A DNA stretch of 52,402 nt from the NCBI GenBank assembly GCA_964384315.1, contig CAYLLD010000001.1:5224-57625 (forward strand), in the 5' to 3' direction. This stretch comes from an uncultured Rhodobacterales bacterium (GTDB lineage Bacteria; Pseudomonadota; Alphaproteobacteria; Rhodobacterales; Rhodobacteraceae). Below the pieces are notes generated by a model that saw nothing but the letters and a program-made list of their open reading frames with translations, made no database searches and was not told the origin of the DNA. Positions within the stretch are counted from its first letter, which is position 1. Each line of letters starts with the position of its first letter. A program made the position numbers and the translations under genes. Of the stretch, positions 1-7,039 are shown in pieces.

Positions 1-29
1 AGCGAAAGGGTTAGGTAGATGCCGCGGAA

Positions 30-3000
30 CTAGGCGGCATCAAACGCCTCGATATGCAAAACAATATCTTGGAAATCATCATCGCTTGTTGCATCACGAC
101 GCTGGTCTTCGAACCCAATTTGCAAACCTTCGCCAGATAGCGATAGTCCCGAAACCACGTGTTCCATCCCATCGGCGTTAAGCTCAGCGTCATGAGATAA
201 GAAAATCGTCGACCCCAATACTTGCTCGCCATCATTGGTAAGTTGCGCACGACCAGAAGAGGTGTCGAGCCCAAGATCGCCTTGGATGAGGGTTGTGGTG
301 TCGAGTTGGTTGTAGCCGTTTTGGATAACAAAAAAGCCAAGTTTGTGGCCTTCGGTTACGTCGTCAACAGTGAAGGTTGTAGGAGCAGTCTTAATATTGC
401 CCGCCAATAGACGCACTTCATAAATCGCCCCGCTTTCATCATACTCATAAACTCCAAGTGAGTTTGAGTAGAGGGCGGTATCATCTGATGCAACGATCGT
501 GACCATGAAGTCCGAAATAGCTTCGGTACCCATGAGATAGAGGTCATTTTCGATGCCGTTGACCAAATTGTCGCCGACGCGGCCACCTTCGGTGAGCCCG
601 CCGATGAACTTATTAAAGGTCACCACGGTTTCAGCGCCATTGTAAATCGCCAAGAAACCACCGCCGGAAAATTCGCCCTGCAAGAGAATAACCTCATCAA
701 CAGTGCCGTCATTGTCACGGTCAATTCGGATTTCTTGGTTCGCCATATCGACCAATAATTTGTCTTGCTCGATCATGCCTTGCAGCGAAATGTCGTCCTC
801 TTCCGAGATCGTCGCTAGGATAGGTGCTGCAATCTCCGGTGCGACTTCCGTTAAATCGGATGACACAACCAATGGCTCAACCTCTGAGGTAATCGGGTCC
901 AAAGTTGATCCCAAAGTTGCCGCTTCGATGCGCGGTCCACCGGTAACCCCCGATAGGCCAGCGTCGAGATTTGCCACTGAAATACCACCAGAAATTTCAA
1001 CTGATGCGGAAATTCCGTTCCCATCGGCATCGGTGGTCCAGACGTCGCTATCTACGGCCTCATTGCCACCAACATTGCCGCGCATGAACCCGCGTCCATC
1101 GCGGTCGCCTTCGAATAGGACGTAATAATGTCCATCAGATAGACCGCCAAAACCATAGTAGCCGTCTGCGCTGGTGGTGGTTGATGCAACAATCAAGCCA
1201 GCGGACATCAAGATTACCCGTGCGCCAGAAACCGCATTGTCGCGCGAGCTTTCAAAACCGTCGAGATCATTATCGACAAAAAAGCGACCAGTGATTTTGC
1301 CTTCGCCGGACGTGGCAACCGAAACAGGTGTTTCATCAGGAACTGAAATTACAGGCGGAGCTATTGCTACAGCCTCAACGCCAGCATCAACGATGACGCT
1401 GGTTTGGGTACTGGATATCTCAAAGGTGCCCGAAATGCCGTTACCATCGGAATCGGTTTTCCAAACGTCGCTATCACGGCTTTCATCACCGCCCACATTG
1501 CTGCGAACAAATGCACGTCCGTTAGCGTCGGCGCCAAATTCGACATAATAATAACCGTCGTCCAGCCCTGTAAATTTGTAACCGCCATTGGCGTCGGTAG
1601 ATGTCGTTGCAACCACTTGGCCTCGACTAATCAAAGCAACGGTTGCGCCAACAACAGCGGTCTCACCAGCATCAACAAAATCATTGTTGTCGTCATCGAT
1701 GAGGTAACGGCCACTCACTTGGCCGCCTGCCACGAGTGTTTCGGGCACTTCGACAATAATTGGGGCCGAATTTTCTGCCAAAGTTTCAGGCGCTGCCGTA
1801 ACAGGAGTCTCAGGCGCTGTTGTGACAGGAGTCTCAGGCGCTGTCGTGACAGGAGTCTCAGGCGCTGTTGTGACGGGTGCGGCGGGTGCCGCCTCTGCCT
1901 CTAGGCCGAGATCAACATCGGTGATCGTTGTTCCAGACGAGACTTCATAAGTGGATGAAAATCCACGTCCTTCTGAATCCGTCTTCCAAACATCGCTATC
2001 AACCGCGTCGTTCCCGCCGACATTGCCGCGGATAAAGTCGCGGCCCTGCGCGTCGGTAGAGAACCGTACGAAATAGTAACCATCCGCAAGGCCACCAAAC
2101 GAATATGCGCCGTCACCATCAGTGAGCGTGGTTGCAACGACGCGGCCGCCGCTCATCAGTTCAACTTTGGAACCGCTAACCCCCGCCTCATCAGTGTCTT
2201 CGAGATCATTGTCGTTGGCATCAACAAAGATGCGTCCAGCAATCGATCCACCAATTTTGGCAGGCTGTGGCACGGGGCCGACGTTGGATGTCGTTGTCTC
2301 TTCAACCGTGAGGACCGGAGCAACTGGCGCAGGTTCAGGGGTCACTTCTACAAGTGCCGCTGGTTCAGAGACGCTAAGCTCAATACCTTGCTCGAATGGC
2401 TCACCATCCATGAAGCTCTTGGTGATTTGATCTGGGCCGGTGCCAGCCGCGCCCATTTCGGCAATTTGATCCGCCGACATTGCGCCGCGCAGGAAAGAGA
2501 AGTTATCGACCAAACCATCGAAACTCTGACCATAGGGGCTACCGATGTAGAGCTTATCGTTCACGCCAATTTGCGACGTCCCAACATTGTTGATCGTCTT
2601 GATGTGCTCACCGTCAAGATAGAGCGACGCGGTTTTCTCGACCCCATCAAAGGTCATCACAACGCGGTGCCAATCAGTGTTATCAATCGGCAGAAACCGC
2701 TCGTTGATCCAGTGAATGCCAGTATCCGACCCGTAGGATGCAATCAAAGCATCATTGCGAATGCTCATGGTGAAGCTATTCGAGAACCAGAACAGATCGC
2801 CCCAGTCAGACATATTGTCCTTGCGGAAATCGGCGACAACCGTGAACTCGCGGTTATTGAAGAAATCGGCGGTGTTTTCATAGGCGATGTGGCCGCCGGA
2901 AAGCTTGGCAACTTTAGAGCCGCCATCGTCAACGAATTGAACCGACCCATGTGCCACGCCAGCCATGTTATGCGGCGACGCCTCGCGCACGCCGCTATCA

Positions 3001-4466
3001 AAGCCCGTGCCAATAGCCAGAGGCAGCTCGGCATCAATGGTTTTTTGGCTCTCGATCGTGCGGCCATCTGCCAGACGGACCGTGGCCTTCACTTCGTAGA
3101 TGCCATATTCAGCATAGAAATGCGTGGTTGTAAGCTCGCTCGTCGACATCTTTTTGCCGTCGCCAAAGTCCCAGTCAACGCGGGTAATCTCGTCAGTAAT
3201 TCGGCCGTCTTCGTCAAAAAGCTCAGACAAATCAAAGCTGTGGTTGTTTAGGTAAAGACCGTCACCCGCCTCGTTTTGCAACAGGCCGTAGGGCTCTTCG
3301 GGATTGGTATCAAAATCCAAAAGACGCGAGCCGATGTTTTTACGTGCAACTGTACTGCCCGGCAGGTCCATCAAATCCGTCAAGATATCCAGATCATTGG
3401 CCAGCGGGTTCACGAAGTTGTTCGCGATATTATTATCCGAAAGCGGGTTATCGTAATTCGCGATCAGATTATTGGCTTCATAGGCACCCGAGGGTGCTAA
3501 GATTTCGGTTGTGACGTTATTGATGATCCGCACGTTGCTAGAGCCGTCAGACACGCGAATGATCGGCGGGTGCGATTTCACCTCACCATAGGCAACCGAG
3601 TAGGATTTCTCATTCACAACAATCGTGTTGTTATAGATCGTGACGCCATCGGTCTCTGCGATGGTGATCCCATGCGGGTCGTTGTTGTGGATGATGTTAT
3701 CCGTCACAACGATGTTTTTGTATTTCTTGCCCGTCGAGCCGTATTGCTCGTTGTTCAGGAAAATCGACTGCGCCGCCAAACCGTCGGCGCTATCCAGAAT
3801 ATTGTTCCGGATATAAAGGTCTTGCGTCACGCTCTCCGCACTTGTTGACCACAGTTGGATCATGTCGAGGTGGTTAATGCTGGCATCAGAGCCAAGCAGA
3901 TCGTGGATGTAGTTATTCTCGATATAGGCTTTCTGAACGCCAGCGACCTGAATCGGATCCGCCTGCATCGAGTGAAACTCATTGCCGCTGATCGTAACAT
4001 TCTCGCTCTCAAGAACGGTCACGCCAAAGAAAAAGTTCGACACAAGGTTATTTTCAAACGTCAGACCATCGGCATATTTGATGTTCGTCAAATTTCCAGC
4101 GGCCCGCTCGTTGCCGTTTTGGGACAGATACTCGGTGCCTGTGCCAACCATGACGCTGTCGCGCACGGTTACATTTTTACTATCGCGCAGATGCAGAACC
4201 ACATCAGCACCACCAAAGGCCGTGCTTTCCTCGAACCGAAGGTTTTCGAAGGTGAGGTTGTTGACGCTATAAAGTTCGACGCTCTGGAACACCGCCGGAT
4301 CATTTGGATCAGCCGAGCGGAACGTGATGCCCTGTTTGTAAATATTGTAGGGGTCCAGCCGCAATGCATAAGCAGTTTCGGACTTATTGAGCAGGATAAC
4401 ATCGCCCGGATTGGTTTGCTCAACCGCGGCAATCAGCTCTTCGTTGTTACTAACAACATATTCCAA
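30..4466 (-). CDS. Giant (1478 aa) leaderless multidomain extracellular-type protein: right-handed parallel beta-helix, PKD domain, LamG/concanavalin-like domain, 3 SdrD-B-like (Cna-B-type) repeats, C-terminal DUF4114-like domain
   Basis: One uninterrupted 1478-codon ORF with a TTG start preceded by GGAGAG. The N-terminal ~330 aa show beta-helix periodicity (NLTFENLRF, NVTVRDSV, NVTISGNEF, IYNNTIVVN). PKD signature VDWDFGDGK at aa ~430. LamG-like block at aa ~495-672. Three ~115-aa repeats of the form G(R)xFxDxNxNGxxDxxExGVxGxxVxL...TDxxGxYxFxxLxDGxYxVxF...DSDVW. The C-terminus, IGFEDQRRDATSDDDFQDIVLHIEAF, matches the DUF4114 end motif. No N-terminal hydrophobic signal. Confidence 0.85.
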   Translation of the reverse strand: MEYVVSNNEELIAAVEQTNPGDVILLNKSETAYALRLDPYNIYKQGITFRSADPNDPAVFQSVELYSVNNLTFENLRFEESTAFGGADVVLHLRDSKNVTVRDSVMVGTGTEYLSQNGNERAAGNLTNIKYADGLTFENNLVSNFFFGVTVLESENVTISGNEFHSMQADPIQVAGVQKAYIENNYIHDLLGSDASINHLDMIQLWSTSAESVTQDLYIRNNILDSADGLAAQSIFLNNEQYGSTGKKYKNIVVTDNIIHNNDPHGITIAETDGVTIYNNTIVVNEKSYSVAYGEVKSHPPIIRVSDGSSNVRIINNVTTEILAPSGAYEANNLIANYDNPLSDNNIANNFVNPLANDLDILTDLMDLPGSTVARKNIGSRLLDFDTNPEEPYGLLQNEAGDGLYLNNHSFDLSELFDEDGRITDEITRVDWDFGDGKKMSTSELTTTHFYAEYGIYEVKATVRLADGRTIESQKTIDAELPLAIGTGFDSGVREASPHNMAGVAHGSVQFVDDGGSKVAKLSGGHIAYENTADFFNNREFTVVADFRKDNMSDWGDLFWFSNSFTMSIRNDALIASYGSDTGIHWINERFLPIDNTDWHRVVMTFDGVEKTASLYLDGEHIKTINNVGTSQIGVNDKLYIGSPYGQSFDGLVDNFSFLRGAMSADQIAEMGAAGTGPDQITKSFMDGEPFEQGIELSVSEPAALVEVTPEPAPVAPVLTVEETTTSNVGPVPQPAKIGGSIAGRIFVDANDNDLEDTDEAGVSGSKVELMSGGRVVATTLTDGDGAYSFGGLADGYYFVRFSTDAQGRDFIRGNVGGNDAVDSDVWKTDSEGRGFSSTYEVSSGTTITDVDLGLEAEAAPAAPVTTAPETPVTTAPETPVTTAPETPVTAAPETLAENSAPIIVEVPETLVAGGQVSGRYLIDDDNNDFVDAGETAVVGATVALISRGQVVATTSTDANGGYKFTGLDDGYYYVEFGADANGRAFVRSNVGGDESRDSDVWKTDSDGNGISGTFEISSTQTSVIVDAGVEAVAIAPPVISVPDETPVSVATSGEGKITGRFFVDNDLDGFESSRDNAVSGARVILMSAGLIVASTTTSADGYYGFGGLSDGHYYVLFEGDRDGRGFMRGNVGGNEAVDSDVWTTDADGNGISASVEISGGISVANLDAGLSGVTGGPRIEAATLGSTLDPITSEVEPLVVSSDLTEVAPEIAAPILATISEEDDISLQGMIEQDKLLVDMANQEIRIDRDNDGTVDEVILLQGEFSGGGFLAIYNGAETVVTFNKFIGGLTEGGRVGDNLVNGIENDLYLMGTEAISDFMVTIVASDDTALYSNSLGVYEYDESGAIYEVRLLAGNIKTAPTTFTVDDVTEGHKLGFFVIQNGYNQLDTTTLIQGDLGLDTSSGRAQLTNDGEQVLGSTIFLSHDAELNADGMEHVVSGLSLSGEGLQIGFEDQRRDATSDDDFQDIVLHIEAFDAA
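1786..1881 (-). repeat. 4 x 24-bp in-frame tandem repeat encoding the (TAPETPVT)n linker inside the 1478-aa gene
   Basis: Units tcaggcgctg(c/t)(c/t)gt(a/g)acaggagtc at 1786, 1810, 1834 and 1858, differing by 1-3 nt. They translate on the minus strand to TTAPETPVTTAPETPVTTAPETPVTAAPET. Confidence 0.9.
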
Positions 4467-4625
4467 AATTACTCTCCACTGCCGATTGGCTTGGGGGCTG
4501 TCCCTGCTTCATTCCGAGAACTTGCAAAACGGGCACTAGTTAACCTAGGAAGATATGAACCATCCCTGTTGGCTTTCATAGCGGCACCCTGCCCTCGTGA
4601 CTTAAAAAATTAACTAAAGAATTGC

Positions 4626-4696
4626 CGACAAATTTCGACAAATAATTGTCGCTTTCGCAATTATGGCGAAAAGGCGCGGATGCGTAAAATTTGTCG
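4626..4696. promoter_or_regulatory. Cluster of four CGACAAAT / ATTTGTCG-type half sites in the divergent intergenic region between the beta-helix giant gene and the exosortase gene; candidate operator array
   Basis: gCCGACAAATttCGACAAATaaTTGTCG at 4626-4651, plus AAATTTGTCG at 4687-4696. That gives two direct and two inverted copies within ~70 bp of a 765-bp AT-rich non-coding spacer. Confidence 0.35.
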
Positions 4697-5231
4697 TTAG
4701 TTTTCATTTTCAGTCAGCTATATTTTTCTCTTTTATTTCAACAGGTAAACCCGCATGCAAGAAGCCGATTAGTGAAACATTTACCAAACCGGCGGCATTC
4801 CGCTGGCTGCTAAAAAAAGCAGCAATCACGGACATGTTACGCATCTTGCTTGGAAAATTATGGCCCCACCTAGAATCATCCCCAACACGCTGATTTCACC
4901 ACATTAGAAAGGGACAAGCAAAGTGGCCTGCGCACCTCTGGGCGGCAAAATCCTTTACTATATACGCCATTTTTACTGTGATTTTCGTACATATCGGGGC
5001 CGGATTGCCCACAGATCAAGGCGAGCCACCACTCGACTCACGTTACGTAACCTGTTTAACAGATTAAAAACGGGAAACAATAATTTGAGTAACTTTATCA
5101 AGAGGTTGATGCTTTCCTGCGCCAAACGCCTTATTATCTACGTGATTTGATGCAAAAATTCGGGCCAATGCGCCCTATTTGAACCCAAACGGTGGAGACC
5201 GCCGTAGTTTGAAAGCGAATACGGAGTAGTC

Positions 5232-6833
5232 ATGGTCGCCTATCAAGAAGAAACCAAGACCAATTGGCTCGCGGACCTTGCAGCCAACCGCTATGGTATG
5301 TTCTGGTTTTTGCTGCTTGTTGCGTCATCAATCCCAATATTCTGGCTTGGCTTTGTTTCATTGGGCGATGCTTGGTCGACGCCCGAATACAGCCACGGGC
5401 CGATTATCCCGTTGTTGTCATTCTATATGTTTCTGCGCGAAATGCGTCAGGTGCCTGCCGATCAAAGTGTAAAACGCCGCTGGCCCGGTGTTTTAATCAT
5501 CGGCCTCGCCCTATCCGTCGCTATTTTTGGCAACCTCACACGCATCCCCGACATCGTCACCTACGCTTTTATACTTTGGGTCGCGGGGGTGATTCTGCTC
5601 TGTTTCGGCTGGTCTCGTGGGCTGTTTTTCTGGACTGGCGTGCTGCATCTCGTTTACATGCTGCCCCTGCCGCAATTCCTCTATTGGAAACTCACGATCT
5701 GGCTGCAGCTTGTGTCATCGGAATTGGGGGTTTGGTTCATCCGGCTCATGGGCATCCCGGTGTTCCTCGAAGGCAATGTTATCGATCTGGGTGTCTACAA
5801 ACTTCAGGTGGCCGAGGCCTGTTCGGGCCTCCAGTACCTTTTCCCAATTCTGTCATTTTCTTACGTGTTTTGCGTGCTTTACAATGGGCCGATCTGGCAT
5901 CGCATTGTGATTTTGCTCGCCGCGGCGCCCATCACGGTTTTGATGAATTCATTTCGCATCGGCATGATTGGGGTTTTGGTAAATTACTTTGGCATCTCCC
6001 ACGCCGAGGGTTTTTTGCACTACTTCGAAGGTTGGGTGATCTTCGGTGCTTGCGTGGCGATCCTATTTATCCTCGCGGTCCTGATGCAGCGGCTTCAACG
6101 CAATCCAAAGCCCTTGGCCGAAACCCTCGACATTGAGTTCGCAGGCACTGGCCCACAGCTCGCCCGTATCTTTTCCATACCCCTGACAGGTTTGCTGACA
6201 ACGGCCGCCCTCGCCACTTTTGCGCTCAGCGCGCTTTGGCTGGCCGGACCGCAACGAGAAATCGAGCGCCCGACCCGTGAGCCCTTCGGCGTATTTCCAT
6301 TGGGTCTTGAAACCTGGAGCGGAGATACATCCCCGTTGGAACCGTCGGTTGAGACGGTGCTGGGTGCGGACGACTATATACAGGCCACTTTCTTTGGGCC
6401 GGGCGAGCCCGCTTCGGTGGGGTTCTTTGCCGCCTATTATCACAAGCAAACCGAAGGTTCGGGCATTCACAGCCCCGAGGTTTGTCTGCCTGTGGGCGGC
6501 TGGGAGATGTTCGACATTCAGCAGGTAGAGGTCGATCTTGAGCCCCAGACTGGCTGGCCACCTTTTCAAACCAACCGAGCGGTGATTCAAAAGGGGTTGG
6601 ATCGGATGCTCGTCTATTATTGGTTTGAACAACGCGGCAAACGCATGACCAACGATTTTTCCGTTAAGCTCTCAACGGTCCGTGACAGTCTAGTTCTAGG
6701 CCGCTCTGACGGGGCATTGGTTCGCTTTACGACGCCAATGGACCGCGAAGAGAGCGTTGCGAGCGCAGAGGCACGCATCCAACGGCTGGTTGCTGAAGTT
6801 TTACCGCATCTTGATCGCTACCTACCCCATTAA
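5232..6833 (+). CDS. Exosortase (EpsH/Xrt family) fused to a C-terminal EpsI-family periplasmic domain
   Basis: ATG preceded by GGAG. Polytopic membrane N-terminal part with exosortase hallmarks: WSTPEYSHGPIIP, catalytic Cys in VAEACSGLQYLF (Cys197, nt 5820-5822), NSFRIG, and His-rich ISHAEGFLHYFEGW. The C-terminal ~200 aa (from ~nt 6234) are EpsI-like: FPLGLETWSGD, LGADDYIQATF, GIHSPEVCLPVGGWE, LVYYWFEQRGKR, GALVRFTTP. Confidence 0.88.
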   Translation: MVAYQEETKTNWLADLAANRYGMFWFLLLVASSIPIFWLGFVSLGDAWSTPEYSHGPIIPLLSFYMFLREMRQVPADQSVKRRWPGVLIIGLALSVAIFGNLTRIPDIVTYAFILWVAGVILLCFGWSRGLFFWTGVLHLVYMLPLPQFLYWKLTIWLQLVSSELGVWFIRLMGIPVFLEGNVIDLGVYKLQVAEACSGLQYLFPILSFSYVFCVLYNGPIWHRIVILLAAAPITVLMNSFRIGMIGVLVNYFGISHAEGFLHYFEGWVIFGACVAILFILAVLMQRLQRNPKPLAETLDIEFAGTGPQLARIFSIPLTGLLTTAALATFALSALWLAGPQREIERPTREPFGVFPLGLETWSGDTSPLEPSVETVLGADDYIQATFFGPGEPASVGFFAAYYHKQTEGSGIHSPEVCLPVGGWEMFDIQQVEVDLEPQTGWPPFQTNRAVIQKGLDRMLVYYWFEQRGKRMTNDFSVKLSTVRDSLVLGRSDGALVRFTTPMDREESVASAEARIQRLVAEVLPHLDRYLPH

Positions 6834-6848
6834 TGGCGCTGGCCGTTA

Positions 6849-7025
6849 TTATTGGCTTTCCGGCTTGGAGTTGACGCTAAAGGTCAGCTCGGTGACCTGC
6901 CCCGCGACAGGAAATTTCGGGCGGGGCGGTTTAGGCAATAGCGTAAAAGCCCCAACGGTGGTGGCGGTCGTCGCGCCAGCCCCGGCCAAAATCAATCGCC
7001 GGGTCATTTTCGCATCGCTGCTCAT
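6849..7025 (-). CDS. Possible small (58 aa) protein with a twin-arginine-like signal or anchor (MSSDAKMTRRLILAGAGATTATTVGAF...)
   Basis: ATG at 7025 with AAGGGG 8 nt upstream, starting 14 nt after the stop of the 827-aa gene on the same strand. T-R-R-L-I-L is followed by a mildly hydrophobic Ala/Gly/Thr stretch. Third-position GC looks genome-like. No homology recognised, and it could be a gene remnant. Confidence 0.3.
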   Translation of the reverse strand: MSSDAKMTRRLILAGAGATTATTVGAFTLLPKPPRPKFPVAGQVTELTFSVNSKPESQ

Positions 7026-7039
7026 GGCCAAGGCCCCTT

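Noticed and set aside
18-41. 8-bp inverted repeat GATGCCGC-N8-GCGGCATC overlapping the stop codon of the 1478-aa gene, considered as a terminator
   Set aside because: No T tract follows it on the minus strand and it lies at the window edge, so I cannot judge it.
2388-4613. Plus-strand ORFs of 287 aa (2388-3251), 252 aa (3855-4613) and several of 60-170 aa inside the 1478-aa gene
   Set aside because: They are antisense or alternative-frame shadows of a gene with clear domain content on the minus strand, and their translations contain no motifs.
5264-6136. 290-aa alternative-frame ORF within the exosortase gene
   Set aside because: It lies on the same strand in a different frame. Its product is Arg/Pro/Cys-rich nonsense, whereas the main frame carries all the exosortase motifs.
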